Assembly (NCBI RefSeq): GCF_009914755.1
Contig: NC_060948.1
DNA length: 64,000 bases
Direction: 5' to 3' (one strand)
From: the human T2T-CHM13v2.0 reference genome, Homo sapiens
Under the pieces are notes generated by a model. That model was not told the origin of the DNA, did no database searches, and saw nothing but the letters and a program-made list of their open reading frames with translations. A program made the translations under genes and the position numbers. The first letter of the stretch is position 1. Every line of letters starts with the position of its first letter. Shown piece by piece: positions 1-20,838 of the stretch.

Positions 1-1186
1 TATATAAAATGCGACATATAATATATATTATATTTTATAACATATGTAATATATATTATATATTATATATAATACGTTGTATGTATAATACCTATATTAA
101 ATATATATTATATGACTATGTTATTAATTACATGTCACATGTGTTATATATTATATATTTTACATAGAATATACCGCTTACATACAATATATACTATGTT
201 ACCTATAATTTATAATTCATTACATGTAAAATAAAGAATGCAATATATTATGCATAATTTATAATATACAATATGTGGAATGTGACATATATAACATATA
301 ATATATGATATATGATATACAGTATATGATATATAACATACAATATATGATTCCTAATATATATGGTATACAATATGTATTTTATGATATGTATTCTATA
401 TGTTTTATATTCTGTTATATATAACTATTTGAAATTATATATAACTGTATAATATTTTATGTAAATATGTAATATAATATATATAACCATATAATATATT
501 ATATATAACTATATATTATGTTATATATACTTTTATAACATAATTTACATAAAATATCATAATATAATATATATTATATTATTTCATATTACATAATATA
601 TATTACATATCACCCAATATAACTAACATACATAATATTATAATATAGATTATATTATGTTATATTAAATATCATATATATCATGTATCATATATTCTAT
701 AATATATATTACACATTATATAATATGTATGTTGTCTATTATGTGATATATATAACTATATATATAATTATATTTTTATATATATAACTAGATAAACATG
801 TAATTCTACATATTTTCATTTATAATATGTAGAATTATATAATCATATATAATTATTTATATTCTATAAAAAATTTTATCATTATATAATTATAATATAT
901 AAAAATTATAATATGTACTACAAATATATATATTATATATCATATATGCTATAGTACCTTTGTTATATATCATAATACATATAAATGTGTATTATGTTAT
1001 CTATAATTATATAATTTCATATATAAGTTGTATAATATGTATCATATATTATAAATGTTATGTAATATATATAGTATATATAAGATGACACAGGATAAAT
1101 ATTATCTACTATGACATATAAAATATATGAGGTTATATGTTACATATAAGGCATAGCACATAACATGTAATATATATCATATATAA
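1..1186. repeat. AT-rich low-complexity block of the DYZ2 unit (partial, window start)
   Basis: Degenerate (TA)n/TATAT sequence, colinear with 2420-3606. Confidence 0.92.
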
Positions 1187-1478
<292 letters not shown>

Positions 1479-2055
1479 AGATCCATATTTTTTAAATGAA
1501 AAAAAATTTCAAAGGTACTCTGCTTGGTACAATAATCAAATGTATAAACTGAGGAATAAAACATAACCATGAAACCTACTTATAACTGCATATGGAAAAT
1601 ACAGAGGATAATTTTTTAAATAACATATTTTGAAAGCCTTAACTAGTAATTTGAAGAGCTGACATTTGAAAGGCCTGTATGAATATACCTTCAAAGCAGC
1701 AACACAGGTTCCCCATGAGAAAAAGCAAACACAGGGAAAATAAAAACACAAAGGTTCAATCTCTTCTGACCTTTGAAAGACACAGCACAGACAGTGGTCC
1801 TTAGGACGAAGAGCAGGAGACCCCTAATTCCGTCACCATGGCGATAGGGCATAAACATTGCTGGGTGAGGGCACAATCCACATTGTGAGGTCCAACTGCT
1901 GCCAGGAAGACAGGAGTGCTTTTACATAGACCGAAAGGTCATTGAAGGCTCAGAGTTTTGTTTCAAGAACTGAATCCCAAGCCCACACGTTATTAGGCTG
2001 CGCTTCTTAAAACAAGTTATGAGATGGGAAAAAGGGCACCCACAAACATACGTAT
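1479..2055. repeat. HSATI-type non-Alu, mixed-composition segment of unit 1 (recurs right after every Alu copy)
   Basis: ~570-bp complex sequence between the Alu end and the AT-rich block, near-identical in all 26 units. The HSATI name comes from the known DYZ2 composition; the right boundary is approximate. Confidence 0.8.
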
Positions 2056-3898
<1,843 letters not shown>

Positions 3899-4475
3899 AG
3901 ATCCATATTTTTTAAATGAAAAAAAATTTCAAAGGTACTCTGCTTGGTACAATAATCAAATGTATAAACTGAGGAATAAAACATAACCATGAAACCTACT
4001 TATAACTGCATATGGAAAATACAGAGGATAATTTTTTAAATAACATATTTTGAAAGCCTTAACTAGTAATTTGAAGAGTTGGCATTTGAAAGGCCAGTAT
4101 GAATATACCTTCAAAGCAGCAACACAGGTTCCCCATGAGAAAAAGCAAACACAGGGAAAATAAAAACACAAAGGTTCAATCTCTTCTGACCTTTGAAAGA
4201 CACAGCACAGACAGTGGTCCTTAGGACGAAGCGCAGGAGACCCCTAATTCCGTCACCATGGCGATAGGGCATAAACATTGCTGGGTGAGGGCACAATCCA
4301 CATTGTGAGGTCCAACTGCTGCTAGGAAGACAGGAGTGCTTTTACATAGACCGAAAGGTCATTGAAGGCTCAGAGTTTTGTTTCAAGAACTGAATCCCAA
4401 GCCCACACGTTATTAGGCTGCGCTTCTTAAAACAAGTTATGAGATGGGAAAAAGGGCACCCACAAACATACGTAT
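3899..4475. repeat. HSATI-type segment of unit 2
   Basis: Colinear with 1479-2055. Confidence 0.78.
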
Positions 4476-6026
4476 ACATTATGTATATAATAATATACAG
4501 TATCATATATATAATATATATAACCTATGTATAATATTGTTTTACATCCTGCATCTTATGTTATATATATTGTATAAAATATAATAATTGATAATATATA
4601 AGTTTTATATTTATACAATATGACATATAGTATATATTATAATTTATGACATATATAATATATGTTATATATCATATATAGAATATATTATACGGTTAAT
4701 ATACGTATTAAATATAAATTATACATTATATATATTATATATAATATATCTGTTATATATAATACCCATTATGCATAATATATATATTATGTCTATGTTA
4801 TATATAGTATAAAACAACATATAATAATATATAATTGTATATATAAAATGCGACATATAATATATATTATATTTTATAACATATGTAATATATATTATAT
4901 ATTATATATAATACGTTGTACGTATAATACCTATATTAAATATATATTATATGACTATGTTATTAATTACATGTCACATGTGTTATATACTATATATTTT
5001 ACATAGAATATACCGGTTACATACAATATATACTATGTTACCTATAATGTATAATTTATTACATGTAAAATAAAGAATGCAATATATTAAGTATAATTTA
5101 TAATATACAATATGTGGAATGTGATATATATAACATATAATATATGATATATGATATACAGTATATGATATATAACATACAATATATGATTCCTAATATA
5201 TATGGTATACAATATATATTTTATGATATGTATTCTATATGTTTTATATTCTGTTATATATAACTATTTGAAATTATATATAACTGTATAATATTTTATG
5301 TAAATATGTAATATAATATATATAACTATATAATATATTATATATAACTATATATTATGTTATATATACTTTTATAACATAATTTACATAAAATATCATA
5401 ATATAATATATATTATATTATTTCATATTACATAATATATATTACATATCACCCAATATAACTAACATACATAATATTATAATATAGATTATATTGTGTT
5501 ATATTAAATATCATATATATCATGTATCATATATTCTATAATATATATTACACATTATATAATATGTATGTTGTCTATTATGTGATATATATAACTATAT
5601 ATATAATTATATTTTTATACATATAACTAGATAAACATGTAATTCTACATATTTTCATTTATAATATGTATAATTATATAATCATATATAATTATTTATA
5701 TTCTATAAAAAATTTTATCATTATATAAATTATAATATATAAAAATTATAATATGTACTACAAATATATATATTATATATCATATATGATATAGTACTAT
5801 TGTTATATTTCATAATACATATAAATGTGTATTATGTTATCTATAATTATATAATTTCATATAAAAGATGTATAATATGTATCATAAATTATATATGTTG
5901 TGTAATATATATAGTATATATAAGATGACACAGGATAAATATTATATACTATGACATATAAAATATATGAGGTTATATGTTACATATAAGGCATAGCACA
6001 TAACATGTAATATATATCATATATAA

Positions 6027-6318
6027 TTTTTTTTTAGACAGAATCTTGTCCTGTTGCACAGGGTGGGGTACAATGGCGCCATCTTTGCTGACTGCAAATT
6101 CTGCCTCACGGGTCCAAGCGATTGTCCTCCCTCAGCCTCCCAGGTAGCTGGGACTACACCACACTGGGACTACACCAGCTGCCACCATGCCTAGCTAATT
6201 TTTTGGATTTTTAGTAGTGACAGCGTTTCACTGTATTGGCCAGGATGGTCTTGATCTCTTCACCTTGTGATCCCCTTGCCTTGGCCTCCAAATTTGCTGG
6301 TATTACAGGCCTGAGCCA
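6027..6318 (-). mobile_element. Alu copy 3
   Basis: T9-agacag ... ctgagcca; variants gctgactgcaaatt and ggtattaca. Confidence 0.95.
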
Positions 6319-8446
6319 AGATCCATATTTTTTAAATGAAAAAAAATTTCAAAGGTACTCTGCTTGGTACAATAATCAAATGTATAAACTGAGGAATAAA
6401 ACATAACCATGAAACCTACTTATAACTGCATATGGAAAATACAGAGGATAATTTTTTAAATAACATATTTTGAAAGCCTTAACTAGTAATTTGAAGAGTT
6501 GGCATTTGAAAGGCCAGTATGAATATACCTTCAAAGCAGCAACACAGGTTCCCCATGAGAAAAAGCAAACACAGGGAAAATAAAAACACAAAGGTTCAAT
6601 CTCTTCTGACCTTTGAAAGACACAGCACAGACAGTGGTCCTTAGGACGAAGAGCAGGAGACCCCTAATTCCGTCACCATGGCGATACGGCATAAACATTG
6701 CTGGGTGAGGGCACAATCCACATTGTGAGGTCCAACTGCTGCCAGGAAGACAGGAGTGCTTTTACATAGACCGAAAGGTCATTGAAGGCTCAGAGTTTTG
6801 TTTCAAGAACTGAATCCCAAGCCCACACGTTATTAGGCTGCGCTTCTTAAAACAAGTTATGAGATGGGAAAAAGGGCACCCACAAACATACGTATACATT
6901 ATGTATATAATAATATACAGTATCATATATATAATATATATAACCTATGTATAATATTGTTTTACATCCTGCATCTTATGTTATATATATTGTATAAAAT
7001 ATAATAATTGATAATATATAAGTTTTATATTTATACAATATGACATATAGTATATATTATAATTTATGACATATATAATATATGTTATATATCATATATA
7101 GAATATATTATACGGTTAATATACGTATTAAATATAAATTATACATTATATATATTATATATAATATATCTGTTATATATAATACCCATTATGCATAATA
7201 TATATATTATGTCTATGTTATATATAGTATAAAACAACATATAATAATATATAATTGTATATATAAAATGCGACATAGAATATATATTATATTTTATAAC
7301 ATATGTAATATATATTATATATTATATATAATACGTTGTACGTATAATACCTATATTAAATATATATTATATGACTATGTTATTAATTACATGTCACATG
7401 TGTTATATACTATATATTTTACATAGAATATACCGGTTACATACAATATATACTATGTTACCTATAATGTATAATTTATTACATGTAAAATAAAGAATGC
7501 AATATATTAAGTATAATTTATAATATACAATATGTGGAATGTGATATATATAACATATAATATATGATATATGATATACAGTATATGATATATAACATAC
7601 AATATATGATTCCTAATATATATGGTATACAATATATATTTTATGATATGTATTCTATATGTTTTATATTCTGTTATATATAACTATTTGAAATTATATA
7701 TAACTGTATAATATTTTATGTAAATATGTAATATAATATATATAACTATATAATATATTATATATAACTATATATTATGTTATATATACTTTTATAACAT
7801 AATTTACATAAAATATCATAATATAATATATATTATATTATTTCATATTACATAATATATATTACATATCACCCAATATAACTAACATACATAATATTAT
7901 AATATAGATTATATTGTGTTATATTAAATATCATATATATCATGTATCATATATTCTATAATATATATTACACATTATATAATATGTATGTTGTCTATTA
8001 TGTGATATATATAACTATATATATAATTATATTTTTATACATATAACTAGATAAACATGTAATTCTACATATTTTCATTTATAATATGTATAATTATATA
8101 ATCATATATAATTATTTATATTCTATAAAAAATTTTATCATTATATAAATTATAATATATAAAAATTATAATATGTACTACAAATATATATATTATATAT
8201 CATATATGATATAGTACTATTGTTATATTTCATAATACATATAAATGTGTATTATGTTATCTATAATTATATAATTTCATATAAAAGATGTATAATATGT
8301 ATCATAAATTATATATGTTGTGTAATATATATAGTATATATAAGATGACACAGGATAAATATTATATACTATGACATATAAAATATATGAGGTTATATGT
8401 TACATATAAGGCATAGCACATAACATGTAATATATATCATATATAA

Positions 8447-8738
8447 TTTTTTTTTAGACAGAATCTTGTCCTGTTGCACAGGGTGGGGTACAATGGCGCC
8501 ATCTTTGCTGACTGCAAATTCTGCCTCACGGGTCCAAGCGATTGTCCTCCCTCAGCCTCCCAGGTAGCTGGGACTACACCACACTGGGACTACACCAGCT
8601 GCCACCATGCCTAGCTAATTTTTTGGATTTTTAGTAGTGACAGCGTTTCACTGTATTGGCCAGGATGGTCTTGATCTCTTCACCTTGTGATCCCCTTGCC
8701 TTGGCCTCCAAATTTGCTGGTATTACAGGCCTGAGCCA
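8447..8738 (-). mobile_element. Alu copy 4
   Basis: Same variants as copy 3. Confidence 0.95.
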
Positions 8739-10843
8739 AGATCCATATTTTTTAAATGAAAAAAAATTTCAAAGGTACTCTGCTTGGTACAATAATCAAA
8801 TGTATAAACTGAGGAATAAAACATAACCATGAAACCTACTTATAACTGCATATGGAAAATACAGAGGATAATTTTTTAAATAACATATTTTGAAAGCCTT
8901 AACTAGTAATTTGAAGAGTTGGCATTTGAAAGGCCAGTATGAATATACCTTCAAAGCAGCAACACAGGTTCCCCATGAGAAAAAGCAAACACAGGGAAAA
9001 TAAAAACACAAAGGTTCAATCTCTTCTGACCTTTGAAAGACACAGCACAGACAGTGGTCCTTAGGACGAAGAGCAGGAGACCCCTAATTCCGTCACCATG
9101 GCGATAGGGCATAAACATTGCTGGGTGAGGGCACAATCCACATTGTGAGGTCCAACTGCTGCCAGGAAGACAGGAGTGCTTTTACATAGACCGAAAGGTC
9201 ATTGAAGGCTCAGAGTTTTGTTTCAAGAACTGAATCCCAAGCCCACACGTTATTAGGCTGCGCTTCTTAAAACAAGTTATGAGATGGGAAAAAGGGCACC
9301 CACAAACATACGTATACATTATGTATATAATAATATACAGTATCATATATATAATATATATAACCTATGTATAATATTGTTTTACATCCTGCATCTTATG
9401 TTATATATATTGTATAAAATATAATAATTGATAATATATAAGTTTTATATTTATACAATATGACATATAGTATATATTATAATTTATGACATATATAATA
9501 TATGTTATATGTCATATATAGAATATATTATACGGTTAATATACGTATTAAATATAAATTATACATTATATATATTATATATAATATATCTGTTATATAT
9601 AATACCCATTATGCATAATATATATATTATGTCTATGTTATATATAGTATAAAACAACATATAATAATATATAATTGTATATATAAAATGCGACATAGAA
9701 TATATATTATATTTTATAACATATGTAATATATATTATATATTATATATAATACGTTGTATGTATAATACCTATATTAAATATATATTATATGACTGTGT
9801 TATTAATTACATGTCACATGTGTTATATATTATATATTTTACATAGAATATACCGGTTACATACAATATATACTATGTTACCTATAATGTATAATTTATT
9901 ACATGTAAAATAAAGAATGCAATATATTATGTATAATTTATAATATACCATATGTGGAATGTGATATATATAACATATAATATATGATATATGATATACA
10001 GTATATGATATATAACATACAATATATGATTCCTAATATATATGGTATACAATATATATTTTATGATATGTATTCTATATGTTTTATATTCTGTTATATA
10101 TAACTATTTGAAAATATATATAACTGTATAATATTTTATGTAAATATGTAATATAATATATATAACTATATAATATATTATATATAACTATATATTATGT
10201 TATATATACTTTTATAACATAATTTACATAAAATATCATAATATAATATATATTATATTATTTCATATTACATAATATATATTACATATCACCCAATATA
10301 ACTAACATACATAATATTATAATATAGATTATATTGTGTTATATTAAATATCATATATATCATGTATCATATATTCTATAATATATATTACACATTATAT
10401 AATATGTATGTTGTCTATTATGTGATATATATAACTATATATATAATTATATTTTTATACATATAACTAGATAAACATGTAATTCTACCTATTTTCATTT
10501 ATAATATGTAGAATTATATAATCATATATAATTATTTATATTCTATAAAAAATTTTATCATTATATAAATTATAATATATAAAAATTATAATATGTACTA
10601 CAAATATATATATTATATATCATATATGATATAGTACCTTTGTTATATATCATAATACATATAAATGTGTATTATGTTATCTATAATTATATAATTTCAT
10701 ATATAAGATGTATAATATGTATCATATATTATATATGTTATGTAATATATACAGTATATATAAGATGACACAGGATAAATATTATATACTATGACATATA
10801 AAATATATGAGGTTATATGTTACATATAAGGCATAGCACATAA

Positions 10844-11158
<315 letters not shown>

Positions 11159-13267
11159 AGATCCATATTTTTTAAATGAAAAAAAATTTCAAAGGTACTC
11201 TGCTTGGTACAATAATCAAATGTACAAACTGAGGAATAAAACATAACCATGAAACCTACTTATAACTGCATATGGAAAATACAGAGGATAATTTTTTAAA
11301 TAACATATTTTGAAAGCCTTAACTAGTAATTTGAAGAGGTGGCATTTGAAAGGCCAGTATGAATATACCTTCAAAGCAGCAACACAGGTTCCCCATGAGA
11401 AAAAGCAAACACAGGGAAAATAAAAACACAAAGGTTCAATCTCTTCTGACCTTTGAAAGACACAGCACAGACAGTGGTCCTTAGGACGAAGAGCAGGAGA
11501 CCCCTAATTCCGTCACCATGGCGATAGGGCATAAACATTGCTGGGTGAGGGCACAATCCACATTGTGAGGTCCAACTGCTGCCAGGAAGACAGGAGTGCT
11601 TTTACATAGACCGAAAGGTCATTGAAGGCTCAGAGTTTTGTTTCAAGAACTGAATCCCAAGCCCACACGTTATTAGGCTGCGCTTCTTAAAACAAGTTAT
11701 GAGATGGGAAAAAGGGCACCCACAAACATACGTATACATTATGTATATAATAATATACAGTATCATATATATAATATATATAACCTATGTATAATATTGT
11801 TTTACATCCTGCATCTTATGTTATATATATTGTATAAAATATAATAATTGATAATATATAAGTTTTATAATTATACAATATGACATATAGTATATATTAT
11901 AATTTATGACATATATAATATATGTTATATATCATATATAGAGTATATAATACGGTTAATATACGTATTAAATATAAATTATACATTATATATATTATAT
12001 ATAATATATCTGTTATATATAACACCCATTATGCATAATATATATATTATGTCTATGTTATATATAGTATAAAACAACATATAATAATATATAATTGTAT
12101 ATATAAAATGCGACAGATAATATATATTATATTTTATAACATATGTAATATATGTTATATATTATATATAATACGTTGAATGTATAATACCTATATTAAA
12201 TATATATTATATGACTATGTTATTAATTACATGTCACATGTGTTATATATTATATATTTTACATAGAATATACCGGTTACATACAATATATACTATGTTA
12301 CCTATAATGTATAATTTATTACATGTAAAATAAAGAATGCAATATATTATGTATAATTTATAATATACAATATGTGGAATGTGATATATATAACATATAA
12401 TATATGATATATGATATACAGTATATGATATATAACATACAATATATGATTCCTAATATATATGGTATACAATATATATTTTATGATATATATTCTATAT
12501 GTTTTATATTCTGTTATATATAACTATTTGAAATTATATATAACTGTATAATATTTTATGTAAATATGTAATATAATATATATAACTATATAATATATTA
12601 TATATAACTATATATTATGTTATATAAACTTTTATAACATAATTTACATAAAATATCATAATATAATATATATTATATTATTTCATATTACATAATATAT
12701 ATTACATATCACCCAATATAACTAACATACATAATATTATAATATAGATTATATTATGTTATATTAAATATCATATATATCATGTATCATATATTCTATA
12801 ATATATATTACACATTATATAATATGTATGTTGTCTATTATGTGATATATATAACTATATATATAATTATATTTTTATACATATAACAACATAAACATGT
12901 AATTCTACATATTTTCATTTATAATATGTAGAATTATATAATCATATATAATTATTTATATTCTATAAAAAATTTTATCTTTATATAAATTATAATATAT
13001 AAAAATTATAATATGTACTACAAATATATATATTATATATCATATATGATATACCTTTGTTATATATCATAATACATATAAATGTGTATTATGTTATCTA
13101 TAATTATATAATTTCATATATAACTTGTATAATATGTATCATATATTATATATGTTATGTAATATATATAGTATATATAAGATGACACAGGATAAATATT
13201 ATATACTATGACATATAAAATATATGAGGTTATATGTTACATATAAGGCATAGCACATAACATGTAA

Positions 13268-13576
<309 letters not shown>

Positions 13577-15683
13577 AGATCCATATTTTGTAAATGAAAA
13601 AAAATTTCAAAGGTACTCTGCTTGGTACAATAATCAAATGTATAAACTGAGGAATAAAACATAACCATGAAACCTACTTATAACTGCATATGGAAAATAC
13701 AGAGGATAATTTTTTAAATAACATATTTTGAAAGCCTTAACTAGTAATTTGAAGAGTTGGCATTTGAAAGGCCAGTATGAATATACCTTCAAAGCAGCAA
13801 CACAGGTTCCCCATGAGAAAAAGCAAACACAGGGAAAATAAAAACACAAAGGTTCAATCTCTTCTGACCTTTGAAAGACACAGCACAGACAGTGGTCCTT
13901 AGGACGAAGCGCGGGAGACCCCTAATTCCGTCACCATGGCGATAGGGCATAAACATTGCTGGGTGAGGGCACAATCCACATTGTGAGGTCCAACTGCTGC
14001 TAGGAAGACAGGAGTGCTTTTACATAGACCGAAAGGTCATTGAAGGCTCAGAGTTTTGTTTCAAGAACTGAATCCCAAGCCCACACGTTATTAGGCTGCG
14101 CTTCTTAAAACAAGTTATGAGATGGGAAAAAGGGCACCCACAAACATACGTATACATTATGTATATAATAATATACAGTATCATATATATAATATATATA
14201 ACCTATGTATAATATTGTTTTACATCCTGCATCTTATGTTATATATATTGTATAAAATATAATAATTGATAATATATAAGTTTTATATTTATACAATATG
14301 ACATATAGTATATATTATAATTTATGACATATATAATATATGTTATATATCATATATAGAATATATTATACGGTTAATATACGTATTAAATATAAATTAT
14401 ACATTATATATATTATATATAATATATCTGTTATATATAATACCCATTATGCATAATATATATATTATGTCTATGTTATATATAGTATAAAACAACATAT
14501 AATAATATATAATTGTATATATAAAATGCGACATATAATATATATTATATTTTATAACATATGTAATATATATTATATATTATATATAATACGTTGTACG
14601 TATAATACCTATATTAAATATATATTATATGACTATGTTATTAATTACATGTCACATGTGTTATATACTATATATTTTACATAGAATATACCGGTTACAT
14701 ACAATATATACTATGTTACCTATAATGTATAATTTATTACATGTAAAATAAAGAATGCAATATATTAAGTATAATTTATAATATACAATATGTGGAATGT
14801 GATATATATATATCATATAATATATGATATATGATATACAGTATATGATATATAACATACAATATATGATTCCTAATATATATGGTATACAATATATATT
14901 TTATGATATGTATTCTATATGTTTTATATTCTGTTATATATAACTATTTGAAATTATATATAACTGTATAATATTTTATGTAAATATGTAATATAATATA
15001 TATAACTATATAATATATTATATATAACTATATATTATGTTATATATACTTTTATAACATAATTTACATAAAATATCATAATATAATATATATTATATTA
15101 TTTCATATTACATAATATATATTACATATCACCCAATATAACTAACATACATAATATTATAATATAGATTATATTGTGTTATATTAAATATCATATATAT
15201 CATGTATCATATATTCTATAATATATATTACACATTATATAATATGTATGTTGTCTATTATGTGATATATATAACTATATATATAATTATATTTTTATAC
15301 ATATAACTGGATAAACATGTAATTCTACATATTTTCATTTATAATATGTAGAATTATATAATCGTATATAATTATTTATATTATATAAAAAATTTTATCA
15401 TTATATAAATTATAATATATAAAAATTATAATATGTACTACAAATATATATATTATATATCATATATGATATAGTACCTTTGTTATATATCATAATACAT
15501 ATAAATGTGTATTATGTTATCTATAATTATATAATTTCATATATAAGATGTATAATATGTATCATATATTATATATGTTATGTAATATATATAGTATATA
15601 TAAGATGACACAGGATAAATATTATATACTATGACATATAAAATATATGAGGTTATATGTTACATATAAGGCATAGCACATAA

Positions 15684-15998
<315 letters not shown>

Positions 15999-18103
15999 AG
16001 ATCCATATTTTTTAAATGAAAAAAAATTTCAAAGGTACTCTGCTTGGTACAATAATCAAATGTATAAACTGAGGAATAAAACATAACCATGAAACCTACT
16101 TATAACTGCATATGGAAAATACAGAGGATAATTTTTTAAATAACATATTTTGAAAGCCTTAACTAGTAATTTGAAGAGCTGGCATTTGAAAGGCCAGTAT
16201 GAATATACCTTCAAAGCAGCAACACAGGTTCCCCATGAGAAAAAGCAAACACAGGGAAAATAAAAACACAAAGGTTCAATCTCTTCTGACCTTTGAAAGA
16301 CACAGCACAGACAGTGGTCCTTAGGACGAAGAGCAGGAGACCCCTAATTCCGTCACCATGGCGATAGGGCATAAACATTGCTGGGTGAGGGCACAATCCA
16401 CATTGTGAGGTCCAACTGCTGCCAGGAAGACAGGAGTGCTTTTACATAGACCGAAAGGTCATTGAAGGCTCAGAGTTTTGTTTCAAGAACTGAATCCCAA
16501 GCCCACACGTTATTAGGCTGCGCTTCTTAAAACAAGTTATGAGATGGGAAAAAGGGCACCCACAAACATACGTATACATTATGTATATAATAATATACAG
16601 TATCATATATATAATATATATAACCTATGTATAATATTGTTTTACATCCTGCATCTTATGTTATATATATTGTATAAAATATAATAATTGATAATATATA
16701 AGTTTTATATTTATACAATATGACATATAGTATATATTATAATTTATGACATATATAATATATGTTATATGTCATATATAGAATATATTATACGGTTAAT
16801 ATACGTATTAAATATAAATTATACATTATATATATTATATATAATATATCTGTTATATATAATACCCATTATGCATAATATATATATTATGTCTATGTTA
16901 TATATAGTATAAAACAACATATAATAATATATAATTGTATATATAAAATGCGACATAGAATATATATTATATTTTATAACATATGTAATATATATTATAT
17001 ATTATATATAATACGTTGTATGTATAATACCTATATTAAATATATATTATATGACTGTGTTATTAATTACATGTCACATGTGTTATATATTATATATTTT
17101 ACATAGAATATACCGGTTACATACAATATATACTATGTTACCTATAATGTATAATTTATTACATGTAAAATAAAGAATGCAATATATTATGTATAATTTA
17201 TAATATACCATATGTGGAATGTGATATATATAACATATAATATATGATATATGATATACAGTATATGATATATAACATACAATATATGATTCCTAATATA
17301 TATGGTATACAATATATATTTTATGATATGTATTCTATATGTTTTATATTCTGTTATATATAACTATTTGAAAATATATATAACTGTATAATATTTTATG
17401 TAAATATGTAATATAATATATATAACTATATAATATATTATATATAACTATATATTATGTTATATATACTTTTATAACATAATTTACATAAAATATCATA
17501 ATATAATATATATTATATTATTTCATATTACAAAATATATATTACATATCACCCAATATAACTAACATACATAATATTATAATATAGATTATATTGTGTT
17601 ATATTAAATATCATATATATCATGTATCATATATTCTATAATATATATTACACATTATATAATATGTATGTTGTCTATTATGTGATATATATAACTATAT
17701 ATATAATTATATTTTTATACATATAACTAGATAAACATGTAATTCTACCTATTTTCATTTATAATATGTAGAATTATATAATCATATATAATTATTTATA
17801 TTCTATAAAAAATTTTATCATTATATAAATTATAATATATAAAAATTATAATATGTACTACAAATATATATATTATATATCATATATGATATAGTACCAT
17901 TGTTATATATCATAATACATATAAATGTGTATTATGTTATCTATAATTATATAATTTCATATATAAGATGTATAATATGTATCATATATTATATATGTTA
18001 TGTAATATATACAGTATATATAAGATGACACAGGATAAATATTATATACTATGACATATAAAATATATGAGGTTATATGTTACATATAAGGCATAGCACA
18101 TAA

Positions 18104-18418
<315 letters not shown>

Positions 18419-20523
18419 AGATCCATATTTTTTAAATGAAAAAAAATTTCAAAGGTACTCTGCTTGGTACAATAATCAAATGTACAAACTGAGGAATAAA
18501 ACATAACCATGAAACCTACTTATAACTGCATATGGAAAATACAGAGGATAATTTTTTAAATAACATATTTTGAAAGCCTTAACTAGTAATTTGAAGAGTT
18601 GGCATTTGAAAGGCCAGTATGAATATACCTTCAAAGCAGCAACACAGGTTCCCCATGAGAAAAAGCAAACACAGGGAAAATAAAAACACAAAGGTTCAAT
18701 CTCTTCTGACCTTTGAAAGACACAGCACAGACAGTGGTCCTTAGGGCGAAGAGCAGGAGACCCCTAATTCCGTCACCATGGCGATAGGGCATAAACATTG
18801 CTGGGTGAGGGCACAATCCACATTGTGAGGTCCAACTGCTGCCAGGAAGACAGGAGTGCTTTTACATAGACCGAAAGGTCATTGAAGGCTCAGAGTTTTG
18901 TTTCAAGAACTGAATCCCAAGCCCACACGTTATTAGGCTGCGCTTCTTAAAACAAGTTATGAGATGGGAAAAAGGGCACCCACAAACATACGTATACATT
19001 ATGTATATAATAATATACAGTATCATATATATACTATATATAACCTATGTATAATATTGTTTTACATCCTGCATCTTATGTTATATATATTGTATAAAAT
19101 ATAATAATTGATAATATATAAGTTTTATAATTATACAATATGACATATAGTGTATATTATAATTTATGACATATATAATATATGTTATATATCATATATA
19201 GAGTATATTATACGGTTAATATACGTATTAAATATAAATTATACCTTATATATATTATATATAATATATCTGTTATATATAATACCCATTATGCATAATA
19301 TATATATTATGTCTATGTTATATATAGTATAAAACAACATATAATAATATATAATTGTATATATAAAATGCGACATATAATATATATTATATTTTATAAC
19401 ATATGTAATATATATTATATATTATATATAATACGTTGTATGTATAATACCTATATTAAATATATATTATATGACTATGTTATTAATTACATGTCACATG
19501 TGTTATATATTATATATTTTACATAGAATATACCGGTTACATACAATATATACTATGTTACCTATAATGTATAATTTATTACATGTAAAATAAAGAATGC
19601 AATATATTATGTATAATTTATAATATACAATATGTGGAATGTGATATATATAACATATAATATATGATATATGATATACAGTATATGATATATAACATAC
19701 AATATATGATTCCTAATATATATGGTATACAATATATATTTTATGATATGTATTCTATATGTTTTATATTCTGTCATATATAACTATTTGAAATTATATA
19801 TAACTGTATAATATTTTATGTAAATATGTAATATAATATATATAACTATATAATATATTATATATAACTATATATTATGTTACATATACTTTTATAACAT
19901 AATTTACATAAAATATCATAATATAATATATATTATATTATTTCATATTACATAATATATATTACATATCACCCAATATAACTAACATACATAATATTAT
20001 AATATAGATTATATTATGTTATATTAAATATCATATATATCATGTATCATATATTCTATAATATATATTACACATTATATAATATGTATGTTGTCTATTA
20101 TGTGATATATATAACTATATATATAATTATATTTTTATACATATAACTAGATAAACATGTAATTCTACATATTTTCATTTATAATATGTAGAATTATATA
20201 ATCATATATAATTATTTATATTCTATAAAAAATTTTATCATTATATAAATTATAATATATAAAAATTATAATATGTACTACAAATATATATATTATATAT
20301 CATATATGATATAGTACCTTTGTTATATATCATAATACATATAAATGTGTATTATGTTATCTATAATTATATAATTTCATATATAAGATGTATAATATGT
20401 ATCATATATTATATATGTTATGTAATATATATAGTATATATAAGATGACACAGGATAAATATTATACACTATGACATATAAAATATATCAGGTTATATGT
20501 TACATATAAGGCATAGCACATAA

Positions 20524-20838
<315 letters not shown>

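Noticed and set aside
1550-1750. AATAAA polyadenylation signals, and TATA-like boxes throughout the AT block
   Set aside because: Expected by chance at this base composition; no gene context.
1536-1876. Overlapping 71-aa (MCFYFPCV...) and 61-aa (MCPHPAMF...) minus-strand ORFs recurring in all 26 units, resembling a conserved two-gene cassette
   Set aside because: Their conservation just mirrors ~99% DNA identity of the satellite. The starts appear to be non-ATG (TTG/GTG-type), no domain is recognisable, many variants are non-synonymous, and a frameshift is tolerated at ~25763.
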